The notes under the pieces were generated by a model. It worked only from the letters and a program-made list of their open reading frames with translations. It was not told where the DNA came from and did not search any database. DNA of 64,000 bases, taken from Euryarchaeota archaeon UBA256. GTDB lineage: Archaea > Thermoplasmatota > Poseidoniia > Poseidoniales > Poseidoniaceae. Position 1 is the first letter of the stretch. Each line of letters begins with the position of its first letter. The position numbers and the translations under genes are program-made. Shown one piece after another: positions 1 through 9,747 of this stretch. The stretch covers positions 80,559-144,558 of the forward strand of contig DACE01000010.1 in the NCBI GenBank assembly GCA_002494645.1, written 5' to 3'.

Positions 1-1129
1 CAACAATCAATTTCCCGATGCTGGGATTTTCTTCAAAATATTCGTTCAACTTCTCATAGACGACGGTTTGAACAATTCCAGTAACCTCGCTGCTCACCAA
101 TTTATCCTTCGTTTGAGATGAAAAGGAGGGATCTGGGTGCTTGACGCTCACGATGGCTGCAAGCCCTTCACGGACGTCATCTCCCGAGAGGTTATCGCCC
201 TTGAGAAGATTCTTTTTCTTTGCATAGCCATTGATGCAGCTGGTCAAGGCCGTCCGAAGCCCAGACATGTGTGTGCCTCCGTCTCTATTCCGGATGATGT
301 TGGTGTAGCACAGGATGTTTTCACTAAAAGCATCGGACCATTGAAGTGCTAATTCAACGGTGACGGGGCCTTTTTCGATCACCTTTTCACCGTGGATAAG
401 TACCGGGTCGGGGTGAAGGACTTCTCGTCGTTCGTTGATTTGACGGACAAATTCAGTAATGCCTCCTTCGTAGTGATGTTCGCTGACATGCTGTTCTTCG
501 GCACGCTCATCGGTGATGACGATTTTCAAGCCAGCATTCAGGAATGATGTTTCTTTGAGGCGTGTATCGATTTGATCAAAATCAAATTCTGTGATGTTGG
601 TAAAGATGGAGGAGTCTGGCTTGAAGGATATCTGCGTACCCGTATCTTCGCAGGTGCCGATGACTTCGAGTTCGGTGACGCGCACACCGGCCTCGAAACG
701 CTGCCGATAGATGGTGCCGTCGCGATGAATCGTGACCTCCATCCACTCGCTCACGGCATTGACTGCCGAAACTCCGACGCCATGAAGGCCGCCACTCACT
801 TTGTATGAACTGTTGTCAAACTTTCCACCTGCATGGAGTTTGGTCATGATGACTTCTGCGGCAGAAATCCCGAACTCTTCGTGTAGGTCAACGGGAATTC
901 CTCGCCCATAGTCGCGAACAGAGAGAGAGTGGTCGGGGAGGAGGGTTACCTCAACGATGTCGTTGAACCCTGCGAGGTGCTCGTCGACGGAATTGTCAAC
1001 GACTTCCCAAATGCAATGGTGCAGGGCTGAACCGTCATGAGGGTCTCCAAGATACATGCCTGGTCGTTTGCGTACAGCCTCAAGGCCTTCGAGAACTTGG
1101 ATACTGCCTGCGTCATATGTGTCGGACAT
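1..1129 (-). CDS. gyrB: DNA gyrase subunit B, N-terminal part (runs off window start)
   Basis: Not in the ORF track; translated by hand from ATG 1129: MSDTYDAGSIQVLEGLEAVRKRPGMYLG...EVVDNSVDE...GRGIP...TKLHAGGKFDNSSYKVSGGLHGVG, the GHKL ATPase motifs of GyrB. GGTGA SD just upstream. Confidence 0.96.
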   Translation of the reverse strand, partial: MSDTYDAGSIQVLEGLEAVRKRPGMYLGDPHDGSALHHCIWEVVDNSVDEHLAGFNDIVEVTLLPDHSLSVRDYGRGIPVDLHEEFGISAAEVIMTKLHAGGKFDNSSYKVSGGLHGVGVSAVNAVSEWMEVTIHRDGTIYRQRFEAGVRVTELEVIGTCEDTGTQISFKPDSSIFTNITEFDFDQIDTRLKETSFLNAGLKIVITDERAEEQHVSEHHYEGGITEFVRQINERREVLHPDPVLIHGEKVIEKGPVTVELALQWSDAFSENILCYTNIIRNRDGGTHMSGLRTALTSCINGYAKKKNLLKGDNLSGDDVREGLAAIVSVKHPDPSFSSQTKDKLVSSEVTGIVQTVVYEKLNEYFEENPSIGKLIV

Positions 1130-1440
1130 TTAATTCACCATTTTTTGAGAGGATTGTTGGAGTGAATTGGTCGCTGGAGCCGTGAGGAACTGAGCAAAAA
1201 ATTCACATCATCCTCCTATAAAATCTACTCACCGTGAAGGGGTATAAACCTAACTGCTTTTCAACATTAAAAACGAGGTATTGAGAGCAAATTTTGTGCT
1301 CCGAATCCGTATTGAAAACGCGCATTGACGGCGAAGGGAAACAGAAGAGAAAGAATCCTGTTTTAAACGTCAAGAATGCCCCAAGAATTGGCTACCACTT
1401 GAGACGAGAGCGTTAAGAAGAGGACACGGGTGGGCAAGGC

Positions 1441-2238
1441 ATGGCTGACCCTCAAATTTGTGCATCGCTTGAAGGCACCACGGTCAAAGAGATGGCTGAC
1501 GAAGCGGCGCGTGCAAACATTGCAGGTGCAGATTTGGTCGAAGTCCGTTTTGATCGACTCTACCTCAAGAAACCCGAACCCAACAAGGTCGAAGATGAAA
1601 ACGGGGAAATTCGCCACGTCATGCCTCCAGAAGATGAATGGCATGTCCGTGACATGAATGACGTAGAAGTAAGCGCTGCACTTTCATCACTCAAAGAAAG
1701 CATCCCTCTTCCTGTGATTTTCACAGTCCGCCCTCGTGACGAAGGCGGTTTCTTCCCAGGAACTGATGAAGAGCGGATCGAGATTCTCCGACAAGGCATC
1801 ACCTCCACGGTGAAATCTGTCGACCTTGAATTATCAATCCCCGACGCAATTCGTACCGAATTGCTTGAACTTGCAGCATCAAATAATGTGCAAGTGATTT
1901 CATCCATTCACGACACCAGTACGACACCGAGTGCTGATGAATTAACCGCCATGGTTGCTGAACATGCCAAGGAAGGCGAGATGTTCAAATTCTGCGGCAC
2001 AGTCAACGATCACCAAGATGCCCTTCAAATCGTCGAGGCGTGCCATGAATTGAAGGATTCAGCACATTCCTTCTCACTCATGGCATTGGGCAACGGAGGC
2101 GACTGGGCACGACTCCATGCACCAGTATTGGGTCAAAGCATGGTTTATGCGACCCTTCGGTCTGAATTCAAGCTCTCCAACAAAGGTCTCGTGAACATCC
2201 GCGATTTGAAGAATGCTTGGACGCTGATGGAATACTGA
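1441..2238 (+). CDS. aroD: Type I 3-dehydroquinate dehydratase
   Basis: ADLVEVRFD, PVIFTVRPRDEGG, VDLEL, SIHD (catalytic His), FKF (Schiff-base Lys), LMALG motifs; about 30-aa insertion after the RFD motif. Confidence 0.88.
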   Translation: MADPQICASLEGTTVKEMADEAARANIAGADLVEVRFDRLYLKKPEPNKVEDENGEIRHVMPPEDEWHVRDMNDVEVSAALSSLKESIPLPVIFTVRPRDEGGFFPGTDEERIEILRQGITSTVKSVDLELSIPDAIRTELLELAASNNVQVISSIHDTSTTPSADELTAMVAEHAKEGEMFKFCGTVNDHQDALQIVEACHELKDSAHSFSLMALGNGGDWARLHAPVLGQSMVYATLRSEFKLSNKGLVNIRDLKNAWTLMEY

Positions 2239-2246
2239 ATTCCGCC

Positions 2247-3290
2247 CTACTCTTCTTCTGTTGTGGAAGTCATTGCTCGCTGTTCCAGCAGGGGCACTGC
2301 TCCATCGACTTCGCTGTCTGACCCATCAAGACCTGCATTCAGATATCTGCTGTTCAGGATGAAAGGTGTAGCTACCAGAGCGAGAATTGCGCCGAAGAAC
2401 ACCAATGGAACAGTCCATGGTGGCAAAATGAGTGAACGTTCCGTCGGCATGACCGTTACATCGGCGACCAGATTCGTTGTTGGCGCCAAAGCGTCACCGT
2501 CATGGGTATTGTCCCATGCATCCACCACCAGATAGAAATCCTGCCATTCAGAGCCTCCAAAGAGGGACGAGTAAAGTTCTGGCCCGTCCATTGAGACAGA
2601 GAAGGTGACATCCGAAGTCATTTCATATTGATGGACATCACGGTAGGTTTGCCATCCTGCGGGGCTAAAACTTCTCCACTCAGGCGGGATATCACTCAAC
2701 GCATCCAAGGCTTCGTCGTCAAAGCCATCCCAGAAACTCCATGAGCCATGCGAGATATCGTAAATCTCTTCATACAACTGATATTGAGATGTCGTCAACA
2801 GGTATACGTCACCTTCAACAGGCGTACTCAAGCCGTCCTCAATGGTCTGCAAGGTCACGCAGAAGGTCGTCCTATACTCACTTGAAAGATTGAAACGCAA
2901 AGCTCCTACGCTATCATTGCCAATTTCCATGCTCGTGTAATGGCCAGCAGTGAGTGGTTCAAGAACAGGAAGAGGCCAACTTTTAGTATACATCCAAGGT
3001 TCTTCAGGACGTGTTTGTGAAGCGTCTTCTGAGGTGTCTGACTGGCCTTGACTGTCCTCTTTTGGCTGTTCGCCCCCTCCACCTTCTCGCTCATCTGCAG
3101 TCAGCATGAATTCGCCTCCATACCAGGGTCCGTCGGGAATCAAAGCATGACGGTGAACTGTTTCATTCCAACGAACGGGTTCGACCTCTCCACTACACCC
3201 AGATGCTGCCTGGACCTCAGTGCTCCATTGGCCAGCCATCATTAGCGGCATAAGTAGCACGGCAGTGATGAACAAAGAGACCTTTCGCAC
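2247..3290 (-). CDS. Hypothetical secreted protein with C-terminal membrane anchor
   Basis: GTG start, signal-peptide-like N-terminus, acidic body, C-terminal TM helix (WTVPLVFFGAILALVATPFIL); downstream of the PKD protease gene on the same strand. Confidence 0.75.
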   Translation of the reverse strand: MRKVSLFITAVLLMPLMMAGQWSTEVQAASGCSGEVEPVRWNETVHRHALIPDGPWYGGEFMLTADEREGGGGEQPKEDSQGQSDTSEDASQTRPEEPWMYTKSWPLPVLEPLTAGHYTSMEIGNDSVGALRFNLSSEYRTTFCVTLQTIEDGLSTPVEGDVYLLTTSQYQLYEEIYDISHGSWSFWDGFDDEALDALSDIPPEWRSFSPAGWQTYRDVHQYEMTSDVTFSVSMDGPELYSSLFGGSEWQDFYLVVDAWDNTHDGDALAPTTNLVADVTVMPTERSLILPPWTVPLVFFGAILALVATPFILNSRYLNAGLDGSDSEVDGAVPLLEQRAMTSTTEEE

Positions 3291-3338
3291 TAGCTCACCA
3301 ATATGTTACCACCGAAGACGGCTTTAGGACATGTCGCT

Positions 3339-6300
3339 TCATCGGCGTCGTAGCGGTCGGACATAGCCACTCTCATCGCTTCGGCGCTCATCTTTTGACA
3401 GTATTTTCGGAGCCGGTGGAGGCATGTGATGATCCATACCAAGTAGGCCGCCTTGTGACTCAACGTGTTCGATGTCGGTGTAGGTTTCTGCGGCTTCTTT
3501 GGCTTCCTCTTCAAGAACGCTTGGTTCTCGCATGACCAGCCATCCGAGCACCAAAGCGACAACGATCAATCCGATGAATGTAGCAAGTTCGGAACCGGCA
3601 TCAGCAAGCCATGACTTCCATTCATCTGCGCTGAAGTCGGACAATGACGGAGGCCCTTCTGGTTCGGGAACAACTTCAATGTCTTCGGCCAGTGTAGCAC
3701 ATTGGCCCAATCCATCACATACCTCGACCAAGAGCGTGTAGTAACCGGCCTCCTCGTAGGTGTGGATAGCCCGCACCAGCGAGCCTGCGATGGGTTGTGT
3801 CCAATCATCTTGAGAGTTGCCGTTTTCGTCTGCATCAACCTCGATGTCAAAATCCCAGCGTACGGTGTATTCTGTGAGGATTCGTTCATCCCGCTCCATG
3901 ATAGAGCCATCATTGACATCCAAGTCTCTATAGATTTCCATGTCCGACCCCGACTCGTAATCTGACACATTAGCAGAGAAGGAGTTTGACGACCCGACAA
4001 AGATATCCTCGGGCAGGTATGTTTCAGTGACCTCAGGCGGGTGGTCAACAACAACTGTGAAAGATTCACGCATGACGTCCCCCGTTCCGAAGGCATCTCG
4101 AACGGTGAGCGTCACGGTATACGTCCCTGGTAGTGCATATCCATGCCAAGGAGTTGCACCGTGCTCAAGAGGCGTTGCATCACCGAAATCCCAGGTATAT
4201 TCGACCAAACCATTCCATTCGGGAGAGGCTTGTTCAAAGGGCACATACTTTCCTTCGAACTGACGGTCACCGTCCCTGGTACCGGACGAGTCAAAGTACA
4301 GAAGGTGGCCCGGCGCGGTTACTACTGCACCGTTTTCATCAAAGGTATGAGACCATGAATCAACCACAGTCCCCTCAGGGAAAGCAGTGGACGTCGTGAT
4401 GATGGATCCGTTGATCCAGCCGTCAAGAATCCTTAATTGGATGACTGGCAAAGGATTGGAAATACGAACGGTCATGGTTCTTGGGAAACTTTCCACGCCT
4501 TCTTTGTCGGTGACGATGAGAACAACCGTATGTTCTCCGGGAGTGGTGAACGTATGCGTAACTTGAGGGCGGTCTCCAAAGGTTCCGTCTGAGAAGCTCC
4601 AGTTCCAAACTTCAATGTCGGTATGGTCGCCAACCAAGCCGTCCGGGTCTCTGCTATCCAATCCGTCGAAAATGTAGGGTGAGTCAACTTCGCCGTCTTC
4701 CTCTCTGAAGTCGATGGCTTCAGATTGCGTCCGTACGTCAAAGTGCGCAAATGGCATTTGATTGAGAACAGTAACGGTGAGAACAGCAGTCACCTGGCTT
4801 CCGTCATCATCTGTCACCGTCAGCGTAACGGTCTTGTTACCGGGCGTATCCCAAGCAACGACTGGGTTGGCGTCATTACTGACGACATCGCTGTAATCGT
4901 CTGTGCGCAATGGTGTACCGAGTCCCAAACGCACGCCACCATCAAAGGTCCAAGCATGGTTGACAATTTCTCCATCATCGTCTTCGAAGACATCAGGCAT
5001 CACCAGCGAAGTATAGGTCATGGTCGTCATCATTTCAGAGTAGATTTGAACTGGTAGGCGATTGTTGACGTGAACAAGAATGGTCTTTTGGCCGGCATTA
5101 TAGCCATCAGAAACCGTAATTGTGAGATTGTAGGTCGTGTTTTCACCGTCAATTTCACCCCACTCATGTTGCTGAGAATAAGCACCGATACCACTGTCCA
5201 TGGTTCCATCTCCCCAATCCCAACTGAAGTCAAGGAATTCTGTAGGGACGTTATCTATGGTTCGACCCGCAGAGAAAAGAATTCTCTGGTTGGTCAGTAA
5301 GGTAATCTCTTGGTCGATCACAACGTTGTTCACTGTGATAATGGGAATAGGGTCAGTTTGGTCCGTGACGTTGATGGCGTGAACTTGAGTTTCAGACCAC
5401 GAACCACCCTGATCCATCACGCGCAGAGTTGCATTGAAGACACCAACGTCGCTGTAGGAACGAAGTGGGGACTTCAAATTGGAGGAACCGTTGTCGCCAA
5501 ATGTCCATGCATAAGCGGTGGGGGCGTCCATGTAGGGCAGACTGTTGTTGTCGAGAGAAAGGCCCCATGCATCAAATCCATTTCCAAGGAATTGGATGTT
5601 TTCCCACGTCTGTGATTCGTTGAGAGAGACCGTGCCGTTAGCAACAGGCTTCATGTTGTTCAAACTTTGAGGGGAAGTTTGTATCGAATCAACGGGATCA
5701 CCCAGCATGTCATTCATGACCATGGCGAAGGAATACTGGTCCGTTTTATGAGCGGTGAAGTACACTTGCCCCGGGACGTCAACACCGCCTCCTGCTGAAA
5801 TACGATCGGTGATAGTATCAACAACATTCCCCGTGCTGTCACGAACTGAAATCTCAACGTCAAGATCCTCAAAGAAGGCATTTGAAAGGACGTTATAGTT
5901 GATTTCAATGGTATCGTCAAGGCCATCGCCGTCTCGGTCGCCAAGAACCGTATTGTTCAGAGAAAGGGTCGCTGGCGAGGTAATTCGGGCGGCTTCAATA
6001 TCCACCGTCCCTGTGGGATACGATGGACCGCATGATGTGTAATCACAGTCTGCTATCGTGCTTGCGTACCACGTGATGACCCATACCTCGTCGGTTAGGT
6101 TGCCAAAGCCAGGGACAAGACCTGTGGCAACATTGTTGACGAAGTTGAGGTCTGTGACACTCCACAAGCCGTCCGAAGTGGCCTTGGTTACGATCACTCC
6201 GTCAAATTGGCTCACATCTGCCGTGAGTCTGAGGGTAAGCGGAGCAGGTGATGCTGACCCTGGAGTGAATTTGAAGGAACGAATTCCCCAACCTTCAACA

Positions 6301-7541
6301 CTGTTTCCAGTCGAGGACCAGGGGGCCGCCCAATCACTGTTGATTTCCGTTGGCTGAGCTCGGCAAAAAGCACCTGATGTGCAAATTGCGTTGAGATCCA
6401 AATTGGGATAACCGTAGATACCTTGATCGGAATCCAAGGTTGCTGCGATACTAAAGTTGGCAAAGATTTCGCCCATGGTTCGCCCCAACAAGCCTACTTG
6501 ACCTGCTTGTGGCGAAAGTGCGAGATTCTCGACACCCTTCCCTCCAGTTGCTGAATCTTGAACCAGTTGGCGAACTGCAGGTCCGCCGCCCAAGTGTTCT
6601 GCGAGGTACATTGTGAACATGTAACCCGCACCATAGTCGGCGATGCGTTGGTTCCACCAACGGACGGATTGTTCAGGAGCAGCAGTCCACGCATTGACGT
6701 GCCCTGTGAGAGTTGAGTCTGCCCCGAAGCAGAGGTAAATTGCTACATCTGCGTTGCCTTCATCGATCCACAAATTTTCGTAAGGGTCAAGAGCATTGTG
6801 AAGCAGATGTTCAAGTTCGTGAGCGAGGATAGATTTTCCCCATGAAAGAGTAATGTCTGCAAAGTCAACGAAAACGGATTCGCGAGAACTCGCATAGGAA
6901 GGTGCGAAGTAACCACCCGTGTTGTAGGCGCCATCGATATCGTAGACGATAATTTGAACTTGGCAGTTGTTGTCAACGTCGGGGGGCGCAAGACCTCTTC
7001 CGTCTTGGTAGTCCTTCCCGTAATAGGTCGTCATGGTTGGATAGATGGTTGAATCCCAAGTGCTAGCAAGATTGTTGAGCACTGTCGAAGAGAGGGTACG
7101 TCCGCTTTGAACGATGAAGGCAACGCTATTGGTGGTTTTAGCCACATAGGCAGAAATCTGGCCACCAGCAGTTCCGACAGTGAGTGTGTCACCAACAACG
7201 TGGGGCGTACATGCACGCCCACTTGCTCGCCCTGAAGTGGAGTCGATCACCATGTCATCGACCCCTGGCCTGCCCGCATCAATCCAAGCCTGACGCATGA
7301 ATTGGGTAGCCGAAACTACCGGGTATTCTTCATGAATAAACAAGTACTCACTTCCATCACTGGGGTTGAATTCATCGAGGTCGCCGATGGATTCACCACC
7401 GGCAACATAAGACGAACTTTGCTCTGAATCATCACCGGTTGAATCGGCCTGAGCCATGGCAACAGGGCCGAGACTCGCAAAGAGCAATATCGAGATGAAG
7501 AGAAAGGCTGGACTGGTGCGTAGTTCCGACATATATTTCAC
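3339..7541 (-). CDS. Large membrane-anchored secreted zinc metalloprotease (M30/gluzincin-like) with multiple PKD domains
   Basis: Signal peptide; AHELEH...WIDEG zinc motif; repeated PKD signatures (WTFGD, WDWGDG, WSFSDG, WDFGD...PGTYTVTLTVRD); C-terminal TM helix and tail. Confidence 0.85.
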   Translation of the reverse strand: MKYMSELRTSPAFLFISILLFASLGPVAMAQADSTGDDSEQSSSYVAGGESIGDLDEFNPSDGSEYLFIHEEYPVVSATQFMRQAWIDAGRPGVDDMVIDSTSGRASGRACTPHVVGDTLTVGTAGGQISAYVAKTTNSVAFIVQSGRTLSSTVLNNLASTWDSTIYPTMTTYYGKDYQDGRGLAPPDVDNNCQVQIIVYDIDGAYNTGGYFAPSYASSRESVFVDFADITLSWGKSILAHELEHLLHNALDPYENLWIDEGNADVAIYLCFGADSTLTGHVNAWTAAPEQSVRWWNQRIADYGAGYMFTMYLAEHLGGGPAVRQLVQDSATGGKGVENLALSPQAGQVGLLGRTMGEIFANFSIAATLDSDQGIYGYPNLDLNAICTSGAFCRAQPTEINSDWAAPWSSTGNSVEGWGIRSFKFTPGSASPAPLTLRLTADVSQFDGVIVTKATSDGLWSVTDLNFVNNVATGLVPGFGNLTDEVWVITWYASTIADCDYTSCGPSYPTGTVDIEAARITSPATLSLNNTVLGDRDGDGLDDTIEINYNVLSNAFFEDLDVEISVRDSTGNVVDTITDRISAGGGVDVPGQVYFTAHKTDQYSFAMVMNDMLGDPVDSIQTSPQSLNNMKPVANGTVSLNESQTWENIQFLGNGFDAWGLSLDNNSLPYMDAPTAYAWTFGDNGSSNLKSPLRSYSDVGVFNATLRVMDQGGSWSETQVHAINVTDQTDPIPIITVNNVVIDQEITLLTNQRILFSAGRTIDNVPTEFLDFSWDWGDGTMDSGIGAYSQQHEWGEIDGENTTYNLTITVSDGYNAGQKTILVHVNNRLPVQIYSEMMTTMTYTSLVMPDVFEDDDGEIVNHAWTFDGGVRLGLGTPLRTDDYSDVVSNDANPVVAWDTPGNKTVTLTVTDDDGSQVTAVLTVTVLNQMPFAHFDVRTQSEAIDFREEDGEVDSPYIFDGLDSRDPDGLVGDHTDIEVWNWSFSDGTFGDRPQVTHTFTTPGEHTVVLIVTDKEGVESFPRTMTVRISNPLPVIQLRILDGWINGSIITTSTAFPEGTVVDSWSHTFDENGAVVTAPGHLLYFDSSGTRDGDRQFEGKYVPFEQASPEWNGLVEYTWDFGDATPLEHGATPWHGYALPGTYTVTLTVRDAFGTGDVMRESFTVVVDHPPEVTETYLPEDIFVGSSNSFSANVSDYESGSDMEIYRDLDVNDGSIMERDERILTEYTVRWDFDIEVDADENGNSQDDWTQPIAGSLVRAIHTYEEAGYYTLLVEVCDGLGQCATLAEDIEVVPEPEGPPSLSDFSADEWKSWLADAGSELATFIGLIVVALVLGWLVMREPSVLEEEAKEAAETYTDIEHVESQGGLLGMDHHMPPPAPKILSKDERRSDESGYVRPLRRR

Positions 7542-7619
7542 CGAGTTGAATCGCTTTACGGATTCCCAATTTAGCGAAACGAAAGGAGGTATTTAAGAGT
7601 CCGTGGTGGAGGCGTCATC

Positions 7620-8822
7620 ATGGCTCCTTCTGTGCCACCAAGATGTTGGGGTATGACAGAAGGGTTTACGCTTGCATTTATCCTCATTTTAGCGGCAACA
7701 ATCGGACCGGTACACGCTGAAAACTCCTTCGATGAACATCAAAACGAGTTATGCAACATTGTCGATGAGTTGCAATTTAGCGGAACAAAGGCCAATCAAA
7801 CCGTGCAATGGCAGGTCGACATCGGCCCTCGCACGCCAGGTTCTCAGGCATCAGCACTCTTGCGTGCTAACTTTACAGCCGAAGCAGAACGACTCGGCTA
7901 CATTGTTTCTGAATCCAACCATACGAGCCATGGTATTGAATTCACGAATCTTTTTGCTCGCTGGGTTTCATCGTCTGAAGATGCCGACCAATTGGTCCTA
8001 TCTGCCCATTATGACTCGCGTAATATCGCAGACCAAGATCGCAATGAAACGAATCGCAGCATGCCTGTACCCGGGGCAAATGATGCGGCCAGCGGAGCTG
8101 CTGTCCTCCTCGAATTAGCACGCTTGATTCCATCGATGAACCTCAGCTATGATGTTGTCATTTTCTGGAACGATGCTGAAGATCAAAATAACAACTACAC
8201 CGAAGGCGCCAAAGCATGGGCTGACAACCTCACACTCGAAGAACAGGAACGAACCAAGGCATTTGTTCTGCTTGACATGGTTGGTGATGCAGACCTACAA
8301 CTGCACAACATACAACCTGGAAATGACACCCTAAAAGAACGCATTGTAATCATGGGGAGAGACCTCGGAATGGTGGACGGAGTCGAGGATTGCACCGGTC
8401 TACCCGGCCAAGATATCTTGCAGTATTCTACAACAGTTGGCGTTCTCGACGACCACGTGCATGCTCATGCGCTCAACATTCCAAGCATTGACCTCATGGA
8501 TACTGTCTACGGGGAGCCGAAGTTTGGAACCTTCGGATCCTATTGGCACACAATGGAAGACACACCTGACAAAGTAAGCGCTGAATCACTTGCTTATGTG
8601 GGGCGTTTGGTTGAACTTGGATTGAGGACAAATGCATTCATCATAGAGGAACCTTCTATTATTTTCGATGAAAATCCAGTGAATGAAAATCAAAACCAAT
8701 CTTCCCAATCCCAGGCCGATAGCAAGTCAGGTAGCAAGACCCTTGCATACATCGCTATGTTCGCATTCTTATCGGTCATGGCGCTCCTCGTAAATTTTGA
8801 ACGACCCAGAAAACCTAGGTAA
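7620..8822 (+). CDS. Secreted M28-family enzyme, glutaminyl-peptide cyclotransferase-like, with C-terminal TM anchor
   Basis: SAHYDSR, GANDAASG, DAED, LLDMVG, DDH and YWHT motifs; signal peptide ending VHA; true start may be ATG 7653. Confidence 0.8.
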   Translation: MAPSVPPRCWGMTEGFTLAFILILAATIGPVHAENSFDEHQNELCNIVDELQFSGTKANQTVQWQVDIGPRTPGSQASALLRANFTAEAERLGYIVSESNHTSHGIEFTNLFARWVSSSEDADQLVLSAHYDSRNIADQDRNETNRSMPVPGANDAASGAAVLLELARLIPSMNLSYDVVIFWNDAEDQNNNYTEGAKAWADNLTLEEQERTKAFVLLDMVGDADLQLHNIQPGNDTLKERIVIMGRDLGMVDGVEDCTGLPGQDILQYSTTVGVLDDHVHAHALNIPSIDLMDTVYGEPKFGTFGSYWHTMEDTPDKVSAESLAYVGRLVELGLRTNAFIIEEPSIIFDENPVNENQNQSSQSQADSKSGSKTLAYIAMFAFLSVMALLVNFERPRKPR

Positions 8823-8889
8823 AAAGGCGCGGTTTTTGAGGGAAGGGGTATTATCCGCGCATAGCATCGGAGAACACGGAGGGCAGCCT

Positions 8890-9747
8890 ATGGAAGACGA
8901 CCGCGAGCGGCGAATGAAAGCCCTGCGTGAGCGCGTCAAAGCGAAAAAAGCAGAGGGCGCTCTCATCAAGCAAGATGAAGAACTGGTTGTTGACCAAGCC
9001 GTTTACGAAGAAACCGTCGTTGTTACGGAGCAAGAACCGGAGCAAGATTGGTTCGCTATGGCCGACAGAGACGCGGATCGTTGGCGAAACCTCGCTGCAT
9101 CGCTCATCATGATTGGGAGTATTTTGGGAATGCTGAGTGGAGCCTTAATTCTCCAAGGTAATCCGACAGAGCTGCTCAACACATCCTTATTTGCGGAACG
9201 GTCAGCCGTCGACATTTCAGGCTCTGCGCTTGAAGATGTTGAGGGATACGGCGTTGAAAATGTCACCGTTGAACTCTTGGAAGCATCAAATCGGGCACTT
9301 CTTCAGACGACACTGACCGATCAGTATGGATACTTCACAATGAATAATGTCACACAAGAGGTCCATATTATCGTCTTCTCAAAAGAAGGCTATACCACCG
9401 TTGAACGGACCTTCACGCCAGATAATGCTGGCCTCGACCCCGTGACGATGAAATCCGGAAACGGCACACGTGAAGAAAATGACAATCAAGCCACATCTGG
9501 ATTCACCCTTGAAAACGCCGTCGCACTTTCAAGCGCCATCGGATTACTCACCATCATCACTGCCTTTTTTGGGGTTCAATCAGCGGTTGAAATTCGCCGA
9601 GGCAAGCGATACCGACGAAGCCAATATTTTGCTGGTATCGCCCTCTTCAGCCGTGGATTAATCCTTATAGGGCCTGCTTTGATCTTGTTCGGTATGGTCG
9701 TCAATGTCTTTGCTCGAGACGATTTTGAAGACCGACGAGAGGATTGA
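8890..9747 (+). CDS. Membrane protein with carboxypeptidase-regulatory-like (transthyretin-fold) domain
   Basis: TM helix, then ISGSALED..GVENVTVELL...TLTDQYGYFTM...KEGY pattern, then 2-3 TM helices; ATG 8890 preferred over 8797. Confidence 0.7.
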   Translation: MEDDRERRMKALRERVKAKKAEGALIKQDEELVVDQAVYEETVVVTEQEPEQDWFAMADRDADRWRNLAASLIMIGSILGMLSGALILQGNPTELLNTSLFAERSAVDISGSALEDVEGYGVENVTVELLEASNRALLQTTLTDQYGYFTMNNVTQEVHIIVFSKEGYTTVERTFTPDNAGLDPVTMKSGNGTREENDNQATSGFTLENAVALSSAIGLLTIITAFFGVQSAVEIRRGKRYRRSQYFAGIALFSRGLILIGPALILFGMVVNVFARDDFEDRRED

